Part shown: one piece after another, positions 19,426 through 27,580 of the stretch | Numbering within the stretch: position 1 is the stretch's first letter | Layout: each line of letters opens with the position of its first letter | NCBI GenBank assembly: GCA_036382455.1 | Contig: DASVHT010000287.1 | Span: forward strand, 1-41,084 | Length of the DNA: 41,084 bases | Direction: 5' to 3' | Origin: Dermatophilaceae bacterium | Lineage (GTDB): Bacteria > Actinomycetota > Actinomycetes > Actinomycetales > Dermatophilaceae | The notes under the pieces: model-generated | Databases searched by the model: none | What the model saw: only the letters and a program-made list of their open reading frames with translations | What the model was told of the DNA's origin: nothing | Position numbers and translations under genes: made by a program

Positions 19426-20273
19426 GTCCGCAGCACCCCTACGCCTCTCGCTAGCTCTTCGATCCGTTGCAGGACAGAGGGATCGGTCGTGTTCTCGCCG
19501 AGGCGATTCACCTTGCCGGCGCCGTGGTAGTCGGAGGAACCCGTGACCATCAGGTCCAAAGATGCGGCCAGGTCGAGTCCGTGACGCACCCCTGCCGGGT
19601 CATGGTCCCGGTGGTGCACCTCCAGTCCGGCCATCCCCGCCTCTGCCATCGCCTCGATGACGGTGTCGGCCACGACGCGGCCGCGAATGCCCGCGAACGG
19701 GTGCGCCATGACCGCGACCCCGCCTGCCGCCACCACGAGACGCACCGCGCTCACCGGATCGGGCGCGTAGTGGGAGACGTAGTAGCGGGACCCGTCATAC
19801 AGATAGTCCTGGAAGGCCATCCCCCGAGAGGTCACGATCGCCTTCGCCACCATCGCATCTGCGATGTGCGGGCGACCGATCGTCGCTCCTGGTTCGACCT
19901 GCTTGAGGACGTCGTCCCAGGTCAGGGGCAGGTCCCGCGACAACAGCTCGACGATGCGCTGCGCCCGGCTCACGCGACTCTCCCGTGAGCGCTCCAGCTC
20001 CTCGAGCAGACCCGGCGCATCCGGATCGAGGAGATAGCCGAGCAGGTGGACGCTGACTCCCTGGTGTTGACACGAGATCTCGATCCCGCGGACGAGGGCG
20101 ATCCTGTGATGGCGGGCGGCCGCGGCAGCCTCGTCCCAACCAGCCGTGGTGTCGTGGTCGGTCAGCGCAACGACGTCCAGCCCAGTGCCAGAGGCGGAGT
20201 CGATGACCTCGGCCGGTGACTGCGTGCCGTCACTGACGTTGGAGTGGGTATGGAGATCGATGCGCATCGACAA
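19422..20273 (-). CDS. PHP-domain metal-dependent phosphoesterase (TrpH/YciV-like)
   Basis: The N-terminus IDLHTHSNVSDGT, ALTDHDT and later His motifs are present. Its stop overlaps the MarC GTG start (GTGA at 19422-19425). Confidence 0.85.
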   Translation of the reverse strand: MSMRIDLHTHSNVSDGTQSPAEVIDSASGTGLDVVALTDHDTTAGWDEAAAAARHHRIALVRGIEISCQHQGVSVHLLGYLLDPDAPGLLEELERSRESRVSRAQRIVELLSRDLPLTWDDVLKQVEPGATIGRPHIADAMVAKAIVTSRGMAFQDYLYDGSRYYVSHYAPDPVSAVRLVVAAGGVAVMAHPFAGIRGRVVADTVIEAMAEAGMAGLEVHHRDHDPAGVRHGLDLAASLDLMVTGSSDYHGAGKVNRLGENTTDPSVLQRIEELARGVGVLRT

Positions 20274-20296
20274 AGGTTAGGGCAGTCGGGCCGGGC

Positions 20297-20821
20297 TCAG
20301 CTCTTGGCGGGAGGCTCCACCAAGGTGGGACGGCCGGGCTGCTCCCCGCCCCGAGCCTCGAGGTAGCTGTTCTTCGGCACCATGACCTTGCGCTTGAAGA
20401 TGCAGACCAACGTGCCGTCCTGCTTGTATCCCCTGGTCTCCACATGGACAACGCCCCGGTCGTCCTTTGACGTGGACTCCCACTTGTCCAGAACGGTGGT
20501 CTCGCCATAGATCGTGTCCCCGTGGAAGGTCGGCGCCACGTGACGCAGCGACTCGATCTCAAGATTGGCGATGGCCTTGCCCGACACGTCCGGGACGCTC
20601 ATGCCCAGCAGCAGGGAGTAGATGTAGTTGCCGACCACGACGTTCTGCCCGAACTGCGTCGTCCCGGCATAGTTCGCGTCCAGGTGCAGGGGGTGGTGGT
20701 TCATCGTCAGCAGGCAGAACAGGTGGTCGTCGTACTCGGTGACCGTCTTGCCCGGCCAATGCTTGTAGACAACGCCGACCTCGAACTCTTCGTAACTGCG
20801 ACCAAATTGCATGAACGCCAT
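20297..20821 (-). CDS. MaoC-like (R)-specific enoyl-CoA hydratase/dehydratase
   Basis: The hot-dog fold sequence is FGRSYEEFEVGVVYKHWPGKTVTEYDDHLFCLLTMNHHPLHLD. The preferred start is ATG 20821 (or 20812). The track ORF extends to 20875, into the 56-bp repeat. Confidence 0.8.
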   Translation of the reverse strand: MAFMQFGRSYEEFEVGVVYKHWPGKTVTEYDDHLFCLLTMNHHPLHLDANYAGTTQFGQNVVVGNYIYSLLLGMSVPDVSGKAIANLEIESLRHVAPTFHGDTIYGETTVLDKWESTSKDDRGVVHVETRGYKQDGTLVCIFKRKVMVPKNSYLEARGGEQPGRPTLVEPPAKS

Positions 20822-20852
20822 GGTGCCACGTCCCGCGAGCGCCACCATCCGC

Positions 20853-20908
20853 GCCACATGGCGCAGGTCCGTCATTGATCGAGCACGCGCGCCGGTGCGC
20901 CATCAATG
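20853..20908. repeat. Left copy of a 56-bp direct repeat with an internal hairpin
   Basis: The sequence is gccacatggcgcaggtcCgtcattgatcgagcacgcgcgCCggtgcgccatcaatga. It differs at 3 of 56 positions from the copy at 21934-21989. The internal inverted repeat is gtcattgat/atcaatgac (20871-20910), with an inner gcac/gtgc pair. Confidence 0.9.
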
Positions 20909-20982
20909 ACGCGCTTGCTCCATGTGACTTATCCACAAGGCTTCGACGCGACCGGGCCCAGTCGGGCCATGCTGTCCCCACC

Positions 20983-21921
20983 ATGAACGACCTTCTCGCG
21001 GCACTCACCGCAGCGCACTTCGGTGCCTTCACCTCGCGGGACGCCTACGCCTGCGGGTACCACGGGCAGTCTCTGAGCCAGCTCGTGCGTCGCGGCCGGG
21101 TGCTGCGGGTGGGACCCGGTGCGTATGTCGATCGGGACCGTTACGAGGCCGCCTCGCCGCAGCGACGGCACGAGATGGCGGCCCGAGCCGTGGTGCGCAC
21201 CTTCGACGGCAGGGTCTGCGCCAGCCACTACTCGGCGCTCACGCTGATGTCGTTGCCGGTCTTCGGAGCGCCGCTGGACCACATCCACGTGGCACGAACC
21301 GTCGACTCGCTGAGTCGGCGTCGTCCGGGGCTCTCGATCCACACGGCATACGCCCCTGGCTCCGGATGCGTCGTTGGCGGGACCCTCAGTGTCACCCCGG
21401 CCCTGGCCATCCTCGGCGCTGCGATGGCTTGCGGCATCGAGACAGGGGTCGTGGCCGCTGATGCCGCATTGGCCTCCGGGCGGACGACGGTGGATGACCT
21501 CCAGACCTGGCTCGGCAGACTCTCGAGGCATCGTGATGTGACCCGCGCGCGCCAAGTCGTGCGGTTGGCAGATGCGCGATCAGAGTCAGTCGGCGAGTCA
21601 CGAGCTCGCTTGCTGCTCAATGCCCTTGGCTACCGCCCGATCCCCCAGGTCGAGATTCGTGACCCCCAGGGACGGCTGGCGGGGCGCGTCGACTTCCTTC
21701 TGGAGGGGGAGCGGATCATCGTCGAGTTCGATGGGCTCATGAAGTACGCCGATGCCCACGGGCGCGATGCGTTGGCTGCCGAGAAGTCGCGTGAGGACCG
21801 GCTGCGCGCGCTCGGCTACGAGTTCGTCCGGCTGACGTGGGCCGATCTGACGCGACCGTCGACGGTCGAACGCATGCTGCGCATGGCCGTTGCGAGGGCC
21901 TCGGCCCGGCGCGCCAGCTGA
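20983..21921 (+). CDS. DUF559 (Vsr/restriction-endonuclease-like fold) protein with an AbiEi-type N-terminal wHTH
   Basis: The N-terminus reads FGAFTSRDAYACGYHGQSLSQLVRRGRVLRVGPGAYV. The C-terminus reads GRVDFLLEGERIIVEFDGLMKYA...REDRLRALGYEFVRLTWADL, a DUF559-like core. The preferred start is ATG 20983. Confidence 0.75.
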   Translation: MNDLLAALTAAHFGAFTSRDAYACGYHGQSLSQLVRRGRVLRVGPGAYVDRDRYEAASPQRRHEMAARAVVRTFDGRVCASHYSALTLMSLPVFGAPLDHIHVARTVDSLSRRRPGLSIHTAYAPGSGCVVGGTLSVTPALAILGAAMACGIETGVVAADAALASGRTTVDDLQTWLGRLSRHRDVTRARQVVRLADARSESVGESRARLLLNALGYRPIPQVEIRDPQGRLAGRVDFLLEGERIIVEFDGLMKYADAHGRDALAAEKSREDRLRALGYEFVRLTWADLTRPSTVERMLRMAVARASARRAS

Positions 21922-21933
21922 CGACGGATCCTG

Positions 21934-21989
21934 GCCACATGGCGCAGGTCTGTCATTGATCGAGCACGCGCGAAGGTGCGCCATCAATG
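21934..21989. repeat. Right copy of the 56-bp direct repeat with an internal hairpin
   Basis: The sequence is gccacatggcgcaggtcTgtcattgatcgagcacgcgcgAAggtgcgccatcaatga. It starts 13 nt after the DUF559 stop and lies 1081 bp from the left copy. Confidence 0.9.
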
Positions 21990-22050
21990 AAATACCTGCG
22001 CCATCTCGCGAAACCACCGGCCAGAGTCCTCACCAAGAGAAGGCCCGACC

Positions 22051-23595
22051 GTGACTCGGTGCCGGGACACTCCGTGGCACGATGTGAGAGTGAGCGAAGA
22101 ACAACACAAGTCAGAGAACCGTGGCCGCCCGATCACCGACGAGTTTCGTGCCTTCGTGGCCGCCGACTGGGCTCCCCGATCCACCGCCAAGCCCTTCCAG
22201 GCAGAGGCCGCGCCGTATGCCGCACAGCGCCGTTTCGCGGTCTCGGCCGCGTTCCCGGGCGAGCGGCTCGTCATACCAGCTGGTGGGCTGAAGGTTCGCA
22301 GCAACGACTGCGACTACACCTTTCGCCCCCACAGTGCCTTTGCCCACCTGACCGGCCTGGGCGGCGATCGTGAGCCCGACGCAGTCCTGGTGCTCGAGCC
22401 GCTGCCGGACGGCTCGCACGAGTCGATCCTGTACTTCCGACCATTGAGTGGTCGCGACGACGATGAGTTCTTCGGAGACTCCCGCTATGGCGAGTTCTGG
22501 GTCGGTGCCCGCCCCGGCCTGGCCGACATCGAGGCCGAGCTCGCGTTGCGGGCGCACCACATCGACGAGTTCACCGAGGCGGTGGGCAAGGACGTCGGCG
22601 CAACCGGGATACGGATCGTGCGCGACGCGGACCGCGACCTGACCGCGGCCCTTGACGCCATCCGCGAAGGGGCTGCTGGGACCGACCAGCTCAGCTCGTC
22701 GCAGACCCTGCGCGAGGCCGATGACGAGCTCGCCCACTTCCTTTCCACGATGCGACTTGTCAAGGACGAGTGGGAGATTCGGCAGATGCGCGAGGCGATC
22801 ACGGCGACGGCCAACGGCTTCGACGCCATCATCGCCGGTCTGCCCGAGGCGCTCGAACGCGGTCGCGGTGAGCGATGGGTCGAGGGGCTCTTCGGTCTCC
22901 ACGCCCGCCACCAGGGCAACGGTGTCGGGTATGACTCGATCTGCGCCGCCGGTGACCACGCCACTACCCTCCACTGGATCAAGAACACGGGCGACATCAC
23001 GGACGGCGACCTGGTGCTGGTCGACGCGGGCGTCGAGGTCGACTCACTCTTCACCGCCGACATCACGCGCACGCTTCCGGTCAACGGTCGCTTCAGTGAC
23101 GCACAGCGCAAGGTGTACGACGCCGTTTTCGCCGCGCAGGAGGCCGGGATCGCAGCGGTCAAGCCAGGTGCAAGGTTCTCGGACGTCCATGACGCCGCGA
23201 TCCGCGTCATCGCCGAGCATCTGTACGCCTGGGGTCTGCTGCCCGAGGGCGTCGACGTCGACGCCACCCTGGACAAGGAGCATGGGCAGTACCACCGACG
23301 ATGGATGGTCCACGGCACCAGCCATCACCTGGGCCTGGATGTTCATGACTGCGCCCGGGCCCGTCGCGAGGAGTACATGGACAGCGAGCTGGCCCCCGGG
23401 ATGATCCTCACCGTCGAGCCCGGTCTCTACTTCAAGGCCGACGACCTCCTGGTGCCCGCGGAGCTGCGTGGCATCGGGGTGCGCATCGAGGACGACATCC
23501 TGGTCACGCCAGGCGGCTGCGAGAACCTCTCGGCAGCCATGCCCCGCACGTCAACAGGGGTCGAGATCTGGATCGCCCGCATCCACAAGGACTGA
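22051..23595 (+). CDS. Xaa-Pro aminopeptidase (M24B, aminopeptidase P family)
   Basis: It has an N-terminal creatinase/AMP_N-like region. The pita-bread metal ligands are in DLVLVDAGVEVDSLFTADITRT, HGTSHHLGLDVHD, LTVEPGLY and GVRIEDDI. An alternative GTG start at 22090 is possible. Confidence 0.85.
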   Translation: MTRCRDTPWHDVRVSEEQHKSENRGRPITDEFRAFVAADWAPRSTAKPFQAEAAPYAAQRRFAVSAAFPGERLVIPAGGLKVRSNDCDYTFRPHSAFAHLTGLGGDREPDAVLVLEPLPDGSHESILYFRPLSGRDDDEFFGDSRYGEFWVGARPGLADIEAELALRAHHIDEFTEAVGKDVGATGIRIVRDADRDLTAALDAIREGAAGTDQLSSSQTLREADDELAHFLSTMRLVKDEWEIRQMREAITATANGFDAIIAGLPEALERGRGERWVEGLFGLHARHQGNGVGYDSICAAGDHATTLHWIKNTGDITDGDLVLVDAGVEVDSLFTADITRTLPVNGRFSDAQRKVYDAVFAAQEAGIAAVKPGARFSDVHDAAIRVIAEHLYAWGLLPEGVDVDATLDKEHGQYHRRWMVHGTSHHLGLDVHDCARARREEYMDSELAPGMILTVEPGLYFKADDLLVPAELRGIGVRIEDDILVTPGGCENLSAAMPRTSTGVEIWIARIHKD

Positions 23596-23602
23596 CGCAA
23601 GC

Positions 23603-23705
23603 TTGAGGGTGGCTCGCCGCCCAATCAAGCGAAGTCGAGGGTTGAGGGTGGCTCGCTGCCCCATCAAGGGAGCCCGCGAGCAGGGGCAAGAGCCATCCTC
23701 AACCC
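23603..23705. repeat. Intergenic direct repeat (2 x ~28 bp, 39-bp period) plus a long imperfect hairpin between convergent genes
   Basis: The direct copies are ttgagggtggctcgccgcccaatcaagc (23603-23630) and ttgagggtggctcgctgccccatcaagg (23642-23669). The segment gggttgagggtggctc (23639-23654) pairs with gagccatcctcaaccc (23690-23705), matching 15 of 16 positions. Confidence 0.7.
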
Positions 23706-23742
23706 GAGGCAACAGGCGCGATGGTGCTCGAAGGTAGCGCTA

Positions 23743-24255
23743 TCAGCCCGTGAAGGGTTGACCGGGCAGGTTCGCCAGCAGCGTTCGAGCCTGCTCGGCA
23801 AACTTGTGCTCCACGAGCACCTCATAGCGTGTTGCCACCACCTGGCTCACCGACGTGAAGTCCCGCTGACCCTTGGTCGCGGCATACCCGAGCAGAGCCC
23901 ACACCAGACCGAACACTGCACCGAAGGCCACGGTCGACATGACCGCCAACGTGGTGCTGTTCTGGTCGAACAGCGCGAAGATGAGCCCGACGAACAGCCC
24001 CATCCACATCCCCGACAACGCGCCGGCCCCGACGACCCGACCACGCGTCAGCCGCCCGGTCACCCGCTCGACCTGCTTGAGGTCGGTTCCAACGATCATG
24101 CAGTTCTGGACGGGGAAATCGTGGTCGGACAGGTAGTCGACAGCCTTCTGTGCCGCCTGGTAGTTGTCATAGGTCCCGAGCGACATCGGATACTCAAGGA
24201 TGAGGCCACCGATCGGGATCCGGCCGCGCCCTGACATGGGTGACTGAGTACTCAT
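23743..24255 (-). CDS. General-stress-protein-17M/YflT-like domain membrane protein (two Gly-rich TM helices)
   Basis: The soluble N-domain reads LGTYDNYQAAQKAVDYLSDHDFPVQNCMIVGTDL. It is followed by GAGALSGMWMGLFVGLIFALF and VAFGAVFGLVWALLGY. The start is ATG 24255 or GTG 24273, directly after the acyl-CoA dehydrogenase stop. Confidence 0.5.
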   Translation of the reverse strand: MSTQSPMSGRGRIPIGGLILEYPMSLGTYDNYQAAQKAVDYLSDHDFPVQNCMIVGTDLKQVERVTGRLTRGRVVGAGALSGMWMGLFVGLIFALFDQNSTTLAVMSTVAFGAVFGLVWALLGYAATKGQRDFTSVSQVVATRYEVLVEHKFAEQARTLLANLPGQPFTG

Positions 24256-24273
24256 GAGGCCATTCTGGCCCAC

Positions 24274-25469
24274 TCAGCGCAACTTGTAGTCCTCGAGCAG
24301 CCGGCGACCGATGATCATCCGCTGGATGTCGGCGGTGCCCTCACCGATGAGCAGCATGGGCGCCTCGCGGTAGAGCCGCTCGATCTCGTACTCCTTGGAG
24401 TAGCCGTAGCCCCCATGGATGCGGAACGAGTCAGAGACCACCTCGGCGCAGTACTCCGAAGCCAGGTACTGCGCCATGCCGGCTTCGAGTCGTTGCGCTC
24501 GCCCGAGTCCTTGCGACGCGCCGCCCGCACCATCATCTGGTGCCCGGCCTCGATCTTGGTCGCCATCTCGGCCAGACGGAACATGACCGCCTGATGCTCC
24601 GCAATCTTCTTTCCGAAGGTCTCACGCTGCTGGGCGTAGGCGATCGCGAGCTCGAACGCCCGCAGGGCAACACCGCAGGCGCGGGCGGCGACGTTGACGC
24701 GGCCCACCTCGACGCCGTCCATCATCTGGTAGAAGCCCTTGCCCGGCTCGCCGCCGAGAATCTGGTCGGTCGTCGTGCGGTAGCCGTCAAGGATGAGCTC
24801 GGTGGTGTCGACACCCTTGTAGCCCATCTTCTCGATCTTGCCGGGGATGGTCAGGCCCGGCGCGGTCTCACCGAAGCCGGGCTCCTTGTCGACCAGGAAG
24901 GTCGTCATGTTCTTGTACACCGAGTCGGCGCCGGTATCCGTCTTCACAAGCACCGCAACGAGATTGGATGTTCCGCCGTTGGTCAGCCACATCTTCTGGC
25001 CGTTGATCGTCCACTCGCCATCACCGCCCAACACGGCCTTGGACTTGATCGCCGCGACGTCGGAACCGCAGCCCGGCTCGGACATCGAGAACGCGCCGCG
25101 GACCTCACCGGTCGCCATCCGGGGCAGGTACCTCTGCTTCTGTTCCTCCGTGCCGTGCTGGAGCAGCATGTAGGCGACGATGAAGTGCGTGTTGATGATG
25201 CCGCTCACACTCATCCAGCCGCGAGCGATCTCCTCGACACACAGGGCATAGGTCAGCAGCGACTCGCCCAGCCCGCCGTACTCCTCGGGGATCATCAGGC
25301 CGAAGATCCCCATCTCCTTCATGCCCTCCACGATCTGCGTCGGGTCCTCGTCCTTGCGCTCGAGATCCATGGCAACGGGAATGATCTGCTCGTCGACGAA
25401 CGTCCGCACCAGCTTGACGAGCTCGGTCTGGTCTTCGGTAAGGCCCTCGGTCTGCTGCAGTCGTGCCAT
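24274..25469 (-). pseudogene. Acyl-CoA dehydrogenase (FadE19-like) interrupted by a 1-nt frameshift near the C-terminus
   Basis: ORF 24315..25583 carries typical ACAD sequence (FSMSEPGCGSDVAAIKS, WLTNGG, ...RKDSGERND) and then goes out of frame. ORF 24274..24477 (MAQYLASEYCAEVVSDSFRIHGGYGYSKEYEIERLYREAPMLLIGEGT) is the missing C-terminus. One extra base near 24489-24490 would give ...ERNDxEAGMAQYLASE. The start is ATG 25469 or 25490. Confidence 0.8.
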
Positions 25470-25707
25470 CGCCGTATGCCGCCCTTGCATGTGGGTTCCA
25501 GAAACTACCTGCGAGTATGCCGGAGCCGCCACCTCCGTGGGACACCCAGCAGCCGTCCGGGCCCAAGACGGAACGCAACGCACGCGGGCCGCAGCGCACA
25601 GAAAACCGGTTGCATCGGGACCCGCGAGGCGAGAACCTGAACGAAAGCGCGCCGCGAGTGTGCGCCCATTTCCGAGGAGGGCCGTGAGATGTCAACGACT
25701 GTGCTGA

Positions 25708-26673
25708 GTGCTGCTTGCGCTCACTCCCTCCCCCTTCTTGGAGATTTCCTTGTCACACAACACTTCTGGGTCACACAAGAGTCGCAAAGATCCATCGACT
25801 CCTCTGCCGCGCAACGAGCCCACCGCTCTCACGGCTGAGCTTCGGGTCGGCACGTTTGCCGTCGACACTGCCCCCGACGGCCCACCCGAAGGCCATAGCT
25901 GGTCCAGCTGGGATGGCGCGCAACATGGCCCCGAGCCGCGCCCGCCCTGGGTGATCACCGATCTCGGCGCGGTGGACGAGGATCTGGGCGTCCTCAAGAG
26001 CGGAAAGGAAGCGGACGTCCATGTCGTTCGGCGATGGGTTCCACACGATGACTCGCACGACACCGACGACGACGCCGTGTACATGGTTGCAAAGCGATTC
26101 CGCGACTCCGACCACCGCATGTTCCACCGGGATGCGGGCTATCTCGAGGGCCGTCGTGTCCGGCGCAGCCGCGAGACGCGCGCGATGGCACGGCGAACCG
26201 ACTTCGGGCGGGCGCTGATCTCCGCTCAGTGGGCCCAGGCCGAGTTCAACGCCCTCGGCGCGCTGTGGGGTGCTGGCCTGCCCGTCCCCTACCCTGTGCA
26301 GATCACCGGCACGGAGGTGCTCATGGAGCTCATCGGGGACGGGCTCCGGCCCGCACCGCGGCTGGCACAGACACGCCCCGAGCCCTCACTCCTGGCCGAC
26401 CTCTTCGAGCAGCTCCGGGACACCATGTCCGAGCTGGCCCGCAGCGGTTGGGCCCACGGTGACCTGTCGCCATACAACGTCCTGCTGCATGAGGATCGCA
26501 TCGTGCTGATCGACTGGCCGCAGATCGTTGACATCATTGGCAACCCGCAAGGACCCGAGTTCCTGGCGCGCGACGCTCACAACATGTGTGCCTGGTTCTC
26601 GGCCCGCGGTCTGGTCGTCGACGAGCAGGAGGTCTTCGCAGACCTCATGGCGGCGGCCACGTCGCGATGGTGA
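25708..26673 (+). CDS. RIO-type atypical serine protein kinase (bacterial RioB-like)
   Basis: It has LKSGKEADVHVV (RIO nucleotide loop), the catalytic loop HGDLSPYNVLL and the metal loop LIDWPQ. The start is uncertain: GTG 25708, or TTG 25750 preceded by GGAG. Confidence 0.75.
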   Translation: MLLALTPSPFLEISLSHNTSGSHKSRKDPSTPLPRNEPTALTAELRVGTFAVDTAPDGPPEGHSWSSWDGAQHGPEPRPPWVITDLGAVDEDLGVLKSGKEADVHVVRRWVPHDDSHDTDDDAVYMVAKRFRDSDHRMFHRDAGYLEGRRVRRSRETRAMARRTDFGRALISAQWAQAEFNALGALWGAGLPVPYPVQITGTEVLMELIGDGLRPAPRLAQTRPEPSLLADLFEQLRDTMSELARSGWAHGDLSPYNVLLHEDRIVLIDWPQIVDIIGNPQGPEFLARDAHNMCAWFSARGLVVDEQEVFADLMAAATSRW

Positions 26674-27488
26674 GCTCCCCAGGGTGCCCCGGCACGGGCA
26701 CTGGCCTCACCCGGCGGGGGCTTCTGGCCGGAGCCCTGGGACTGCCGTGGCTGGTCGCCTGCAGCCAGCGCGAGGACACGTCCGCGGCGCTCGACCTGGA
26801 GGACGGCACCTTCTCCTCAAGGTTCTGGCCCGGCCAGGAGGTGCGCTGGCGTCTGGCCCGGCCGACCCAGCGAGGCGTAGGGACGGCGCCCCACCCGCTC
26901 GTGGTCGCCCTGCACGGCCATGGGGGTGACGCGGACTGGCCCTTCAACAGCGTCCACATCGAGCGTCATGTCGTGCGGACGGGGCTGGCCGTGGCGACCG
27001 TCGACGGTGGCGACTTCTACTGGCACGCAAGAAGATCCGGTATCGACACCGGCCGCATGGTGATGGAGGAGCTTCTTCCGCTGATGGGCCGCAAAGGGCT
27101 CGCGGCCGATCGCGTCGGCCTGATCGGGTGGTCGATGGGCGGATATGGCGCACTCCTGATGGCCACCAGACTCGGGCCGAAGCGGGTCGCCGGTGTGGTC
27201 GCGACCAGCGCGGCTCTGTGGCAGTCGCCGGGCGACACCGCGACCGGCGCCTTCGACGGCCGCGCCGACTTCGTGCGCAACGACGTGTTCGCAGCGCGAG
27301 GCAAGCTGCGCGGCATACCGGTGCGTCTGGACTGCGGACGTGACGACCCGTTCATCGTCGCCAATCGGGCGTTCGCGCGCGAACTGCCTGGTGCCGCAGT
27401 CACATTCGATGCCGGCGCCCACACTGAAGACTATTGGACGGCTCACGCCGGAGCCCAGATGAGCTGGCTCCGCGAGCACTTTGCGTGA
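26667..27488 (+). CDS. Secreted alpha/beta-hydrolase esterase (esterase D / antigen-85-type fold), Tat signal plus lipobox
   Basis: It has the twin-arginine motif TRRGLLAGALGLPWLVAC (lipobox LVAC) and the nucleophile elbow GWSMGGYGAL. ATG 26667 overlaps the RIO kinase stop (26671-26673) by 7 nt. Confidence 0.75.
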   Translation: MVSSPGCPGTGTGLTRRGLLAGALGLPWLVACSQREDTSAALDLEDGTFSSRFWPGQEVRWRLARPTQRGVGTAPHPLVVALHGHGGDADWPFNSVHIERHVVRTGLAVATVDGGDFYWHARRSGIDTGRMVMEELLPLMGRKGLAADRVGLIGWSMGGYGALLMATRLGPKRVAGVVATSAALWQSPGDTATGAFDGRADFVRNDVFAARGKLRGIPVRLDCGRDDPFIVANRAFARELPGAAVTFDAGAHTEDYWTAHAGAQMSWLREHFA

Positions 27489-27580
27489 AACACGTGTCCA
27501 TGTAGCCGTGAGACCACCGAATCAGCACCCCGAACCGCTCGAGCGCCGATTCGCAGCAACAAGACCCCGTGCAAGGCCAG

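Noticed and set aside
20929-20937. A perfect E. coli-type DnaA box TTATCCACA inside the DUF559 cassette leader.
   Set aside because: It is a single isolated 9-mer with no cluster of boxes, no AT-rich unwinding element and no dnaA/dnaN context. It is most likely a chance occurrence.
25751-25779. A direct repeat gtcacacaa x2 spaced 20 nt apart, near the RIO kinase start.
   Set aside because: It is short (9 bp) and lies within the probable coding or start region. There is no supporting symmetry or further copies, so it is insufficient to call a regulatory site.
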